In this document: piece after piece, positions 47,962-60,400 of the stretch
How positions within the stretch are numbered: the stretch's first letter is position 1
Layout: every line of letters starts with the position of its first letter
IMG/VR virus record: IMGVR_UViG_3300020470_001313
Coordinates: 32,001-96,000 of that record
From: a virus
Direction: 5' to 3' (one strand)
DNA length: 64,000 nt
Made by a program: the position numbers and the translations under genes
Notes under the pieces: generated by a model
The model's database searches: none
Told to the model about the DNA's origin: nothing
Seen by the model: only the letters and a program-made list of their open reading frames with translations

Positions 47962-48186
47962 TTATTCTTCAGTTGTAACTTCATCTACTGCTGGAGGACC
48001 GTCCTCAAGATACTGCAAAGTCTCTAGCGCACCTTGCAATTTGAGAGCAGTAGTCTCATTTTCTTTAATTTTTGCTGCCAATTGATTGTTTTCATTAACC
48101 AATTTGGTTAGTCTCTCAGTGAATTGAGCTTTCAATTCTTCAGGAGATACCTTTTCAACTGGGTTCTCAGTTGGAGTTGCTGTCAT
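47962..48186 (-). CDS. Small coiled-coil protein
   Basis: LVNENNQLAAKIKENETTALKLQGALETL. Confidence 0.8.
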   Translation of the reverse strand: MTATPTENPVEKVSPEELKAQFTERLTKLVNENNQLAAKIKENETTALKLQGALETLQYLEDGPPAVDEVTTEE

Positions 48187-48436
48187 TTTCTTTATTAAGT
48201 AAGAGTTTCAGTAGGTCTTTGACATCGCCTATATCAGATTTTAACCCATCTACGTCATTTTGTAAAGTGGTAAAATCTTTTTTCTTAGCTTGTCTTGCTT
48301 CATATTGTGCCATGTACTCATCGTACTTGGCAACGTTGCAGTTAACAACTGCATTTGAATAAGGATCACGATACCACCCATCCTGTCCTTCAACAGGAAT
48401 GAGATCTTCGGTAAAGTTAATTTCGTTATCAATCAT
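48167..48436 (-). CDS. Conserved hypothetical protein
   Basis: IPVEG..GWYRDP.SNAVVN, C-terminal coiled coil. Confidence 0.85.
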   Translation of the reverse strand: MIDNEINFTEDLIPVEGQDGWYRDPYSNAVVNCNVAKYDEYMAQYEARQAKKKDFTTLQNDVDGLKSDIGDVKDLLKLLLNKENDSNSN

Positions 48437-51400
48437 TTAGCAAGTGCTATAGCACGGAAGTCAGAGATTAAAGGAACACGAGCTTGGTTTGTAGAACGCA
48501 TTACAATTTTAACTTGCATTGCGTTAAAGTTCAAACCTTTAACTTCATATTCATAGTCTTTCCAAAGTTCCTCTTCAGTAGCAGTTGAGTTATAGTTAGT
48601 CTGATAACCCATGTTGACCCACTGTTGCTCATCTATATTTCCAGTTGATCCAACAGGAACAACCTTATAATAGATTGAAATAGTAGTGTCAGGATGTCTA
48701 CTAGCAGCGAAAGAAACCGTCAAAGCAGTTGCCTTGGTTGCGAGTTTAGTAAGACGTGTAATGTATATAGCTTCGTTTGGATCGCCCTTCGCTACGGTTG
48801 ACCAGTCACTATTTGTACTGAATCCACTGTCACCACTTTGCATGAAATAACCTGATCCACTCGTACTAGAACTACTAATATTATTAATTCTATTAGAAGT
48901 AGTTATCAAAGAAGAACGGTCAAGGTCAATGACAGGTGATACGTTATCAGCTTCACTAGTTAATATACATTCCATAGTGAATGATTTATTACCACTTAAT
49001 TCATTGTCTTCATTGAGTTTAGAGCAAATCATACGAGGAGTTGGGAATACATTCTGTTCGTTTAGAATAACATCCTCAAATACACCATCGTTTATAAATG
49101 ATTGCTGAGTCATATTTGCTGCCTTACCATCATTCATGGAAGTACCAGTGACAGTATTACATCTAGCACGAATTGAGGTCTTAGGTAGAACCATAGTCTT
49201 CATGTTAGGTGTCAATACTTCAAACGGTAAGTTCTGAGTTGCAACACCGAATAAACCACCTGAACGTATGCCAGCAGTAGCAACAGAATCCAAGTGAAGC
49301 ATATAAGTGTCCATAGTAGGACAAGATATTGAGGTGTGAACCTTATTAATTTCTGTTAGAGGAACACCATCAATGTTGTAACAGAATACTGGTTCTGCAT
49401 TAGCATGAGCAGCAGCCGTAGTACCACCAGCACCTCTACCAGCAGCATTAGGTACTGTGACGGTCTTTCCATCAGAAGAAATTGCACTATACTGTATAAT
49501 TTCATCTTCAATTCTTAAGTAACCAGGATTACTTACAGAAATTGCAACACCATTAACTATCTGATGGAATACGCCAGCAGACTCAACACTAATTGAAAGT
49601 GCATCAGCAGCGAGAGCAGATGTTAATACGGTTGGAGCAATCTCAGATGTAATACCTGAAATTTCAACGTTGTTTGCACGATCATGCATACCGTGGTTCT
49701 GATGATAAATCCAGCACTCACGTTCTGCATTATTATATGTTGGTTGTGCAACTGGGTATGCGTTAACACTATCACCAACAGCAGTAACACCACCACTAGC
49801 ATGTCCAGTAGCAAATGCACCAGCAGCAGTACTATTTTCTTGGTCTATCTGATCGTTAGAAGGATCAAATACACCACTTACATAACGAACTGTTAGTTCT
49901 GAAGGAACACCTGATGAACCTTCAGTAAATCCTGTTATCTGTGCTCTAGTACCACTAGAAGATCCAACAACCCATCCACCTTCAACATTATTACCTGAAT
50001 CAGGAACAGTGAATGTACCTGTAACAGGGTGTGTTAGATATAAAGTAGCAGTAGCAGCAGAAGATACAATACCTTGAACTGTATTACCAGAGTTGTCTAT
50101 AGATCCTGATAACCAAGATCCTTTAATATCTGTAATCGTAATTGTGTCAGGATCAGTTGTACTGTTGAATGCTGTAACAGTTGCTTCAGCATTAGTAGTT
50201 TCCTGATACAGACGAGCACCAACTGATATAGTATAGTTAGTACCAGTAGCAAGTGTTAGAACCTGTTGTGGTTTCAATGTCTGAACTGGGTTCTCAACCA
50301 AAGTATGTGAACCAGCATTTGCTAATCCAAGTTCTGCATTTTCAAACTTAGCAAGACCACCAGCACTAGTATCAAACTTAGCACGGTAAATTGTAAACTT
50401 CAAATCTTCGTACTGGTCAGCAGTCCACGTAGATGCGTTCTGTGACTTGAATAGTACACCAGCATAAGGCTGTTCTGATATAGTTCTATCTCCACCAATT
50501 TCTAGGTCTCCCATTCGGGATATCCAAATAGTATATTCGTTAGAGTCTGATAGTAGAACGAAACAATATTCAGTTGACTGCTTAATATAAACAGGTGCTT
50601 GGAATGTAAACGTTGTAGATACAGCAGCATTATCAGAAATATCAACGTCCTCTGGGTTTAAACTAACGTCAGAGAAAGGTAGAATAACTTTAGAAGGATA
50701 ACCATTTTCCATAGCACGAATCTGCATGGAGATTGGAATGTTCTTATCCTTACTTCCAAAGTATACGTCAACCTTAGTTAGGAATACTCCACCCTCAGTG
50801 TCAACAATGAAGGATTGTGCAACAGGGTCATACCAACCAATCTGTCTAACCTCAGTTCTAGTAGATCTAACAGTACGACTATCTGTAACAGTATCCATAA
50901 CGACTTGAGCGTTACGTATTGAGTGGATAGTCTCTTGTACAGTAGTTAAAGTACCTCTTGCTGTAAAGTTTGCTTCAGCAGATGAATCAACTGTACCTGG
51001 AACTAGAGAGTTCTTTTCACTAGATGTAAATCTAATTTGTCTAATACCAGTTGCCCAACGTGGGTTTACGTTCTTAACTGGAGGTGGTATAAAGAAACAA
51101 CCTCTAGCATATCCACGCTTATCGGTAATAAGACGACGATCTTTAACAACTGCTTTTGCACCAGAAGTTAAACCAACTAATACTTCACCAACTGCAATGT
51201 TACCTCTTGCTTTATTGTTGGTAATCTTTGCCATCTGTGCAGCATTGTGGTTTAACAATGGTGTCTGAGATGAATAGGATGTTGGTAATGCCTCATCATC
51301 AGTTGAATATGGGTTAGTATCATATACACTGTTAGGTTTAAGAACTTTCAAACGACAGTCTGAAGTCATACCTTTAACAATCTCACCCACAACAAATGGA

Positions 51401-54400
51401 GTTTCATTTGTTCTAGCATCCTCAGTTGAGTTCTTAACTAACTCAATCAACTTAGGAGTAATATAATTACTAATCTTCTTCTTATCAAAGAAGGCATAAA
51501 GTCTTGTCTTAGGCTTAGCACGAGTAATAGTATAACGAATATTTCTGGATCTCATCCAAGGAATATTGGTTTGTGATAGAATTGTATCACCCTGTGACTG
51601 CCTTGTAATTCTAGGTACAACACGAGTTCTGATACCTAAACGAGTTTGGTTATTAGTAACTGTAAATTCACGACGTTGGTGTAAGAAGAATAGACCTTGC
51701 TGACGACCTGCGTGACCCAATCTACCTAATCTACGACCACCACCTAGGTTTGTTCTAGAACGGAAGTTACGACTAGATCTTAGTCTTTCACCAGTCCAGT
51801 TAGTTGTCCATCCAGTCCACTGAGTAGGAGCAAATCCATTCTTATCAACGTTAAGATCTCTTGCTACTTGTGAGAAGTCACCTTCAACGTTCTCAACACG
51901 AGCAGGTAGACGCTTAATGTCAACCCAGTCATCAGATGATGGAAGAAGGTCAACACGTCCAATGAATGTGAAAACGTTAAATGGGTTTACGTTCTCAAGT
52001 CTTGAAGCATATGGTTGTTCAATAATTGATTCACTCTCATAAGGAAGAGTAACAACTAATGCCTCTTCAATATCTTCAATATCAAATGGAGTCAATACTA
52101 CACCAGTTGAAGTAAGATGATTAAATTCTAATGGGCAGTTATTAGTATAATGAGAAGGTCTTAGATAACCATTCTCAATATCAATAGATGCTTTGTAATC
52201 TTCATTTAGAATATCACCAACAGTATGGTCAGTGAAATCATCTACAACATAACCATTCTTAAATCTGTTTAAACCATCCTCATCGTAAGTAGTAGCATTC
52301 TGTGTCTCAGTTTCTAAAAGAGATAGTGAAGTATAGTACTCAACGTTATCCAAGCGAGTTTCAATGTTACCAATGTCACGCATTGTGTAACGTCTGTTAT
52401 TTTCAGGCTCTACTAGAACATCTCTTTCTGGATCATAACAATATGGTTTATGTTCAAGAACTGCCAATAGCATTGCTGCATCCATATGGTCAGGTTCTTG
52501 AGGTTCTTCAGCAGACTTACCTTGAACAATAGTAAATTCTCCATCATGTGTGAGGAATAGTTTATCAATTCTTGGTAGGTAATAATCAAAGTCACAACGG
52601 AATGATGTACCAGTATCCATTATGTCAAAGACTGTTGAAGTAGCATCAAAGACACGAGATTCAAAGTCAAAACATGTACAAGTTACAAAGTATGGGTTAC
52701 CAACTGTACCAGAACCATTTGCAAGTTCTTTAACACCTGGTCTGAAATCAATGGTATCACGTAAGAACATAATACCGCCTTCTGGTTTCCAGTTAGGAAT
52801 TTCAGAATAATCTATACCAACGTATGACTGAGCATTAAAGTAATCTCCTGAAGACTCATGCTTGAAGTAGTCAAATACAATTGCTAATTGATGTCTTGGT
52901 TCTGAATATGATCTTCCACGAACAAGTCTTGATACATCATAGAAGTAAGAATCTTGTCCTGGTTGTAAATTAAACTGTACCGTAATATCAGTTGATCCAT
53001 TCTCAATAGCACCATCAGCATCAGAAACAAATGCTTGAATTGTTTCTGAATTACTATTAACACCTTGTATTAATTCACCAGGTATAAATGTTCCATCAAG
53101 AACTACATGATATAATTTTAGTGTTGATGATACAAAATCTACAACTGTAGCACGAGCACCTGATGTTTGACCTTCAATTATAGTACCAGTAGCAAAGAAT
53201 GCTGTTTCAACTAAAGTTACATAAGGAACCTTAGCAGCTTCACCATCTAGTGATTCATATACTGCATGGATCTTATAAACGTCATTTAAACCAAATGTAA
53301 TTTCCTCATCTTCAATACGAGTTCCATACTTGTTACTGTAACCCAATCCAAATAACTGTTGATCTTGCTTAGTTCTAGTCTTATTAACTGCTAGAACTTG
53401 CATTTTAGATGCAGTTTTAATTTTACGTTGGACTACAGACTTAGATAATGCAACTGTAGCTTTAATAGAAGTGATATTCTTAAGTCCAGTATTAGCACCA
53501 CCTGGAGATGTTAGCGTAGCAGTCTGTCTATCGGCACCAAATGTAATTGCAATAGTACCTGCATTAACAGCAGCTTCCATGTCAATTTTAGTACCTGGTC
53601 CAGCATAGTCGTTGTTACTACCACCACCTGTGTCAATGGTTACTACAAAGTTATCATTAGAGAATGTTTCAAACTGCTCATTCTCACCAAGAGTAATTGT
53701 TGTACCACCATTGTTAATACTGGTAGCATTGTAAGTTCTATAAACTGTGAAGGACTCGTCAGAAATTGACTTAATGGAGTGCTTCGGCATGTCAATGGTA
53801 AGGTTACCATTCTGATAGTTCTTAAGAAATACTCTAGGTCTCATACGACCTACTTGACTATAATCTCCATCTACAACAGTACCTATCTTATCTGCACCGT
53901 CGCATAATACAGTCTGAGCACCTGGTGTACCAAATATAACATTGGTTCCACTATTCTTATTAGAAGCATTGACGTTAATATCAGCCTGATTAACTTTTTC
54001 TACTCTAAATGTATTGTTACCTGTTTCATCAGATAGACCTACAGTTAGAACTTCACCTGGTCTTATATCAGCAGCATAGTTAGATGCAAATCCAGTCAAT
54101 TTTGTATTAGGTAATGAACCAGTTAATACAACATTATGAGTTGAACCTTCAATCTGTTCAACAGTATTCAATAGAAGATCAGCAGTAAATACTACTTGTG
54201 AGTTTAATGCTAAATCTGCACGTCCTACAACAGAACGAGTATCGGTAAATTCATATTGCCAAAGAGCACTAATAGAAGTTAATCCAACACCATCTAATTC
54301 AATAGTTTCTCCTTGTCTGAATGTACCCTTAACATCTGTTAATTGAATAGTAGTTGTACTAATGGCACGAATAGAACCAATAGCACCTGAAGAAGCACCC

Positions 54401-55887
54401 TTAACTATCATTCCAGTTTCATTAAGAGTTGCTGATACATCAGCAGCAGTATTCAATACTGTATACATTTGCACGTCAAAGACGTGTAACTCATGACCTT
54501 CAGTAGCACCAGCAATACCACCATTAGTGATATTGTTACTTAACTGAGCACATCTTGCAAAACCTATAATATTACCTTGAGGTGTACCTTCACCAGCAGC
54601 ATCCCAGTCATCACGTAATTCAAGAACCTGATAGTTATAAGTTACGTTTGGACCTGTAAGTAATGGCCAACCATATACGTTAGTAACAAGAACTGACTGT
54701 GCAAGTTCAAAAGGAATAATTGTGTTTTGAACTGCCTTAGTATCTCTTGCTTTTGGAATATCAACATAATTTGGTGCAAGAGTATGAAGTCTATAACCTC
54801 TTACATACGCTTTACCTGGAGCAATCTCAGCAGCAAGATATTCATCTGATGCTGCTAGTCCAGCATCAGAACTTTCATCCTGTTGATACACACCATTATT
54901 AAATCCATCATCCTTATGCTCACGCATAGTGATTTCAAAACTATCAAGAGCATAATCTCCAGACTCTTCGTAAGTACGAATCGCCATTGATCTTTCAAGT
55001 TCTGAGTATGCAGTCTTTTCAACAAACTCTTGTACCTTAGAGTTCTTAAGACGCAACAATTCTATAAAGTTCTTATCAGAGTCATCGTCTATAGCTTTCT
55101 TAACCAGAGAAGTTCTAATTCTAAATCTATGACCACCTGGAGCAGAATAGTTTGACGTACCTGCTGCGTTATCATTTAGAGATGGATCATCCTCAGAGGT
55201 AATAATAGATTCTGATACCTCAAGTCCTACTCTGTATGATGGAGTATTTGTGTACTGATCTAGAATAATATAACCAGTAGGAACATCTACAAAATATCCA
55301 CGAATGAAATATACACCTTCGTTAATATATGCTGCTGAAGCAACTGCTGTAGCATTATCTGGTAACATCTGAGCGAAAGGTGAACCCATCTCAATCAATG
55401 TAGTACCAAAAGTGATGTCAGCATCTGCCATCAATTGCTCATTATTTTTAAATTCCTTAACATCTGTATCAGAAGTAGAGTCAGCACTATCAATATACTT
55501 AACGTATAGTGTAATGTATCCTTTATCTGATGTACTTGATGATATAGAATATAATACCTTTGCCTTAATACCTGTCGTAACACCAGTAATTAACTTACCT
55601 GTCAACTGTTCTCTATACAACTCAACGTCAGCCCCTAAGAAGTTTTGTTGTAAAAGAATAGCAGAAACATTTAAGTCATAACCAATTTGACCAGGTATAA
55701 CCATCGCACCTTCTTTAAAGAAGTGCGTTCCCATGTTCTCAATCTGATTCTGCATGATTGATTGCATGGTCGTGAGTTCACGAGCCTGGATTGGAAACCC
55801 TGGTCGGAACAGCACCTTGTAAAAATTTTTATCCTTGTCAAAGTCGTCGTAATACGGCGTGACATTCAGGTTAGTATTCTGTGGCAT
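48433..55887 (-). CDS. DUF4815/VrlC-like large virion structural protein
   Basis: NLNVTPYYDDFD..KNFYKVLFRPG..IQARELT.MQS; DPVAQSF; GVLFKSQNASTW. Confidence 0.92.
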   Translation of the reverse strand: MPQNTNLNVTPYYDDFDKDKNFYKVLFRPGFPIQARELTTMQSIMQNQIENMGTHFFKEGAMVIPGQIGYDLNVSAILLQQNFLGADVELYREQLTGKLITGVTTGIKAKVLYSISSSTSDKGYITLYVKYIDSADSTSDTDVKEFKNNEQLMADADITFGTTLIEMGSPFAQMLPDNATAVASAAYINEGVYFIRGYFVDVPTGYIILDQYTNTPSYRVGLEVSESIITSEDDPSLNDNAAGTSNYSAPGGHRFRIRTSLVKKAIDDDSDKNFIELLRLKNSKVQEFVEKTAYSELERSMAIRTYEESGDYALDSFEITMREHKDDGFNNGVYQQDESSDAGLAASDEYLAAEIAPGKAYVRGYRLHTLAPNYVDIPKARDTKAVQNTIIPFELAQSVLVTNVYGWPLLTGPNVTYNYQVLELRDDWDAAGEGTPQGNIIGFARCAQLSNNITNGGIAGATEGHELHVFDVQMYTVLNTAADVSATLNETGMIVKGASSGAIGSIRAISTTTIQLTDVKGTFRQGETIELDGVGLTSISALWQYEFTDTRSVVGRADLALNSQVVFTADLLLNTVEQIEGSTHNVVLTGSLPNTKLTGFASNYAADIRPGEVLTVGLSDETGNNTFRVEKVNQADINVNASNKNSGTNVIFGTPGAQTVLCDGADKIGTVVDGDYSQVGRMRPRVFLKNYQNGNLTIDMPKHSIKSISDESFTVYRTYNATSINNGGTTITLGENEQFETFSNDNFVVTIDTGGGSNNDYAGPGTKIDMEAAVNAGTIAITFGADRQTATLTSPGGANTGLKNITSIKATVALSKSVVQRKIKTASKMQVLAVNKTRTKQDQQLFGLGYSNKYGTRIEDEEITFGLNDVYKIHAVYESLDGEAAKVPYVTLVETAFFATGTIIEGQTSGARATVVDFVSSTLKLYHVVLDGTFIPGELIQGVNSNSETIQAFVSDADGAIENGSTDITVQFNLQPGQDSYFYDVSRLVRGRSYSEPRHQLAIVFDYFKHESSGDYFNAQSYVGIDYSEIPNWKPEGGIMFLRDTIDFRPGVKELANGSGTVGNPYFVTCTCFDFESRVFDATSTVFDIMDTGTSFRCDFDYYLPRIDKLFLTHDGEFTIVQGKSAEEPQEPDHMDAAMLLAVLEHKPYCYDPERDVLVEPENNRRYTMRDIGNIETRLDNVEYYTSLSLLETETQNATTYDEDGLNRFKNGYVVDDFTDHTVGDILNEDYKASIDIENGYLRPSHYTNNCPLEFNHLTSTGVVLTPFDIEDIEEALVVTLPYESESIIEQPYASRLENVNPFNVFTFIGRVDLLPSSDDWVDIKRLPARVENVEGDFSQVARDLNVDKNGFAPTQWTGWTTNWTGERLRSSRNFRSRTNLGGGRRLGRLGHAGRQQGLFFLHQRREFTVTNNQTRLGIRTRVVPRITRQSQGDTILSQTNIPWMRSRNIRYTITRAKPKTRLYAFFDKKKISNYITPKLIELVKNSTEDARTNETPFVVGEIVKGMTSDCRLKVLKPNSVYDTNPYSTDDEALPTSYSSQTPLLNHNAAQMAKITNNKARGNIAVGEVLVGLTSGAKAVVKDRRLITDKRGYARGCFFIPPPVKNVNPRWATGIRQIRFTSSEKNSLVPGTVDSSAEANFTARGTLTTVQETIHSIRNAQVVMDTVTDSRTVRSTRTEVRQIGWYDPVAQSFIVDTEGGVFLTKVDVYFGSKDKNIPISMQIRAMENGYPSKVILPFSDVSLNPEDVDISDNAAVSTTFTFQAPVYIKQSTEYCFVLLSDSNEYTIWISRMGDLEIGGDRTISEQPYAGVLFKSQNASTWTADQYEDLKFTIYRAKFDTSAGGLAKFENAELGLANAGSHTLVENPVQTLKPQQVLTLATGTNYTISVGARLYQETTNAEATVTAFNSTTDPDTITITDIKGSWLSGSIDNSGNTVQGIVSSAATATLYLTHPVTGTFTVPDSGNNVEGGWVVGSSSGTRAQITGFTEGSSGVPSELTVRYVSGVFDPSNDQIDQENSTAAGAFATGHASGGVTAVGDSVNAYPVAQPTYNNAERECWIYHQNHGMHDRANNVEISGITSEIAPTVLTSALAADALSISVESAGVFHQIVNGVAISVSNPGYLRIEDEIIQYSAISSDGKTVTVPNAAGRGAGGTTAAAHANAEPVFCYNIDGVPLTEINKVHTSISCPTMDTYMLHLDSVATAGIRSGGLFGVATQNLPFEVLTPNMKTMVLPKTSIRARCNTVTGTSMNDGKAANMTQQSFINDGVFEDVILNEQNVFPTPRMICSKLNEDNELSGNKSFTMECILTSEADNVSPVIDLDRSSLITTSNRINNISSSSTSGSGYFMQSGDSGFSTNSDWSTVAKGDPNEAIYITRLTKLATKATALTVSFAASRHPDTTISIYYKVVPVGSTGNIDEQQWVNMGYQTNYNSTATEEELWKDYEYEVKGLNFNAMQVKIVMRSTNQARVPLISDFRAIALAK

Positions 55888-55901
55888 CTTAGGGACTTAT
55901 A

Positions 55902-57434
55902 TTAGAATTCAATAACAACTTTAATGTCTTCAATCTGGTCGTTAGCACGAGAAATCGTACGTCTATTATCTATGTAGATAAGGTTACCAGAGTTAGACTC
56001 TATCTCAGGTTTTGCATAACCAGAGGTAAATCTCATACCTAGGTCATATTCGGTATTGTTAATAACACGAGAAGAAGTGTTAGGAACAGCAGGGAAGTTC
56101 ACATCTGGGTCGCCAGAAGCACCAGAAGAAGAACCTTGAATGGCATTAGAACCATCAAACTCGTTCAGAGAACCAGTAACAGCAGGGAAAATACCATCAA
56201 CTCTATTTTGATAATACTTAAGAACCTTAGTTGTTGAGTTCCATGAAATAACCTTACCAGTTGCAGTAACAGACTGACCACCTACAATACGAGTTTGAGT
56301 AATTGTTTCGTCAGGAATAAAGTTACCTTGGAAGGTTGTTGGGAAGATAACTGCTCTTGCAGCAGATAATGTTAGGTCAGAAAGAAGTTCGGTAGTACCA
56401 TACTTCTTAGGATTAGTGCAAAGACCAATACGACGATAATCGTTATCAATCGGGAAGTCTCCAGCACCTTCATCATATGATAGCTTTGCGTTTACCATAA
56501 CACGGTAAGCACCCACTTCCACTACAGGGTCTTTACCATGACCACCAGGAGGTGGAATGATAACATCAATTTGTCCACCTGTTCCAGTACCAATACCAGA
56601 AACAGCGTTAACAGTTACTTTACCAAAGGAATATCCAGTACCACCAGATGTCACAGTAGCAGAAATAACACGTCCACCATCAACTACGATAGAAACACGA
56701 CCACCAGTTCCGTCTCCAGCAATTGCTACGTTATCGTATGTACCATTGTTATAACCTGAACCAGATGAAGTAATGACAACAGTGTCAATTTCACCAGCAA
56801 CAGCATTAGAACTTACTGAAGCATCACTGAATACAGGCATGTAATCAGCAGAGAAGAACTTCAGAACCTGTGCGACAGGAATAGTATACATATACTTCCA
56901 ACGATACCCGTCAGAAGTAGTGATGATGGATGTAGAAGTACCAGTAGGTTCAATGGTAGAAGGCTTACCATTAGGGTCAGCAGGACTAGTACCGTTATAG
57001 ATGCACTTATAAACTTGGTAATTGGAGTTAACGACATAGAAGTCAGAGTCATACAACTTGGTAGCACCAGATGATGCTGTGTTAGTTGGTGAATAGTCAT
57101 GACGATACATGTCATAAGTATAACCCAAACCACCAGTAGTTTGCTCTGGGGGAATCCAGTCAATACGACGTACAACTTGAATCGTGTCGGCAGCAAGAAC
57201 ACGCTTCAATGACATCATATCATCGTAAGCATCAGAGAACTCATCAAATGAGTCAACCGCCTGGGGTGGGGAATTTTCGTTGTCCCATTCTTGGGGACGA
57301 CCAATAAAGATGTAAAGACGATCCCTATCGTCACCAGCAACTGTGTCACTTGCCAGAGGATCTGGTCCTTCCAGTGACTTAATAAATTTTTGTGCTGTAA
57401 ATATTCTGAATTGATCAGTAAGTAGTGCTGCCAT
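55902..57434 (-). CDS. gp8: Baseplate wedge subunit
   Basis: VYKCIYNG, DGYRWKYMYTI, YIDNR..ISRA.DQIEDIKVVIEF. Confidence 0.94.
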   Translation of the reverse strand: MAALLTDQFRIFTAQKFIKSLEGPDPLASDTVAGDDRDRLYIFIGRPQEWDNENSPPQAVDSFDEFSDAYDDMMSLKRVLAADTIQVVRRIDWIPPEQTTGGLGYTYDMYRHDYSPTNTASSGATKLYDSDFYVVNSNYQVYKCIYNGTSPADPNGKPSTIEPTGTSTSIITTSDGYRWKYMYTIPVAQVLKFFSADYMPVFSDASVSSNAVAGEIDTVVITSSGSGYNNGTYDNVAIAGDGTGGRVSIVVDGGRVISATVTSGGTGYSFGKVTVNAVSGIGTGTGGQIDVIIPPPGGHGKDPVVEVGAYRVMVNAKLSYDEGAGDFPIDNDYRRIGLCTNPKKYGTTELLSDLTLSAARAVIFPTTFQGNFIPDETITQTRIVGGQSVTATGKVISWNSTTKVLKYYQNRVDGIFPAVTGSLNEFDGSNAIQGSSSGASGDPDVNFPAVPNTSSRVINNTEYDLGMRFTSGYAKPEIESNSGNLIYIDNRRTISRANDQIEDIKVVIEF

Positions 57435-57457
57435 GGCCTATGGGGTTTCCTCCGTTT

Positions 57458-57465
57458 TATTTATA
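57458..57465 (-). promoter_or_regulatory. T4-type late promoter
   Basis: TATAAATA upstream of gp8. Confidence 0.85.
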
Positions 57466-57466
57466 C

Positions 57467-60400
57467 TCAGTCGTTGCGGATACTTGTATCATAGCTTATA
57501 CTCTTTATTCTCCAAGAAGCACCACCCGCACCAACGAGCTTCTCACCACCGAGGATAACCTCAGCAACTGCACCGCTTCCTGTAGTATCAATACCTGCAT
57601 TTGTAAAGGTCACAGTAGGGTGCAAAGTACCTGCTGTAACTACTTTCTTATATCCGTAACCACCATTAGTCACAGTTAAAGAACCAACCTGGTCACCGTC
57701 AGATGTCATATTAACAACTGCTTGTGCTTGTATCTCACCAGAATTTTCAATTACAACTGTTGGAGTTGCAGTATAATCAAGTCCTGGTTCCAGTACCCTA
57801 ACCTCTGTCACAGTAGAATCATCAGAGAACTCATAGAAATAACCATTAGTTCCGAGGTTTAGATTATTAGTAAAGTATGGAAGTGGGTTGATAAGAACGA
57901 GAGTTCTAGTTGCTTGTTCCCATGATTCCACGGTTGCTTGAATATTAGAACTTTGTCCTGTTACAGTCTCACCTACAACAAATGCTACACTATTAGTATC
58001 TGTTGATGCTAATTTTACTCTTATTCTAGCAGTATGCTCAACACCATCTCTTAATGCTCCAGCAGATTCAACCGTGGAATATTTAAATGGTATAGAAGCA
58101 TCTTTTACTTGGTCACCTATGGCAAAGATAGTAGTGTTTTGTCCACCAACGGTTTCTTCAATACCATATAATGAACTATGTATTCCACCATCAAGGTTAA
58201 TTTGGTCAGCATAATCTGTACCAGTATTAACAACATCAGGAATACCGTCACCAGCACCTGATGCCTCATCATCATCTTCAAACTTTTTATCAGTTAAAAT
58301 TAACTGATAAACTACAATTTGATCACCAATAGAATCAACTATAACATGTGGTAGTTGTGTGTTAGATGATGCATTAGGAGTACCACCATCAAAAGCAACT
58401 GTTCTATCTGATGTTGATGGGATACCAGCATCAATGAATGCCAACTCATCAACTTCAAATACAATTAACAGTTCTCTACTTACTGGGTTCCAGTCATAAA
58501 CTTTAGCAATCTTATTACTTGCACTCTCAACCCTACGAACTAATCTATCTCCAACATTAAATTCGTATGTTGATACACCATCAACGTTCTGAATACCATC
58601 AACTATAACTCTCTGGTCATATCTGAAGTTAGTACCTCTAGTACATCCTAAAAATTTCTTTTCATTTTTACTAGTATATTCAATAATCTCCTTACCGATC
58701 ATGAATTTACCAGAGCCAGGATAGGCATCAGTATTATGTACGACTACTTCATCATCGTTAGTATCAAGAGATTTTTGAAGACCAGTAATAAAGAAACTAG
58801 CAGCATTAAAAGACTGACGATTTCTAACCTTTCTTTTTACATTAACTAGTTTAGTGAATATAATATTAGGTGCTGAAGTATATCCTCTACCTGGATCAGT
58901 AACATCAATACCTACAACTTCACCTTGTTCAATTCTTGCAGTTGCTCTAGCACCGACTCCACCACCACCTTGAATATAAACATATGGTGGTTCTTGATAG
59001 AACCTACCTGGATTAGTAACAGCAATATTAGTAATAATACCACTATAATCAATGTTAGCAACACCCTCAGCATCTTGTCCACCACCACCTTGGAAGAAGA
59101 GAGTCGGAGGAGTTATATAACCAGAACCAGGATTATCTAATGATAGACCACTTATAGACTGTGTTACGGGAGTAGCAGCTGCACCAGTACCTTCACCACC
59201 AAGTATATCTGCTCTTGCTTCACCAAAATATCCATCACCACCAGCAATCATCCTAACATATTCTACCTGACCTGCATTAGTTTCACTAAGAACAACTTCT
59301 GCTCTAGCACCGCTAGGTACTTCAGCAGCTTGTACAGGAGGATCTTCACCCTTTCTAACCACTCCACCATAATAAGTGTTACCAATAGCATAAGGATACT
59401 CAGGAGTACTATCAGATGCTGTTGTCATAAAGTATGCATAAGTTCCATTTGGATACTCAGGAGTTACACAATACCTACCATTATGTTCATCAAGATCACC
59501 TTCAGTAGCATCCCAAATATAGTCTTGAATAAATGTACCAGCAGGATAATTTAGAATATTAGTCTTATTACCCATGTTAGGATGCATGTAACAGAAGTAA
59601 TGTAAATTAGCAGGTGCAAACCAAGGAACTGTAATTACAAGTTTTCTTGTTGTAGCAGAATTATAATTACTAACATACTGGGCATATGTTACTGCATTAC
59701 CATTAATATAATACGTAACACCACGTTCGTAAAGAACATCTTGATCATATAAAGTCTGACTATCTGCATGCCAACCTTGCTTACCTTCTTCACCAGCAAA
59801 ATCTGTTAGTAGTAATGTATGATCATCATTACTTGAATCATCTAAATTAAATGTAACTGTATCACCACGATTGATAAGTTCAATAGGTGCTTCAACTCCA
59901 TTAAGGAGGAACTTACCATTAGCAGCAGTTACAGTATAAGTTGTATTAGTAGGTGTATTGATCCCTACTCTATTACCATCAATCTCAACACCTGTTTTTA
60001 ATCTATAACCTGTATCAATTCTCTTAATAGCAGACTGATCATCTAATGGTGTAGTATAACCAAATGGTCCATATATTGGATAACCATCATAGGATATACC
60101 TAAAATCTTACTGTGACCATTAGCATGACGTGACTTATCTCCACCAAAATTAGATTCACTATAATAAGTCTTAATTGTAAATAAACTATTACTAGCAGAG
60201 AATGAATCAACTACTTTAGCATCTTGAAACAAATATAAGTGACTACTATTAGGATAACCATGATAAGCATCATGATCTCTATAATTTATCTTAATCTGAT
60301 CAAAATTAAATCCAACAGGAGGAGTACCATCTGATCCTGCATCTGGAGATATTAATGGTGAACCATTGGCAAGTAATCCAACCTGTTCTGGAAGACGATT

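Noticed and set aside
55671-55865. GC3-rich 5' end of the DUF4815 gene with a 64-aa +1 ORF
   Set aside because: Short, with no convincing features; cannot be separated from 5' codon effects without homologues
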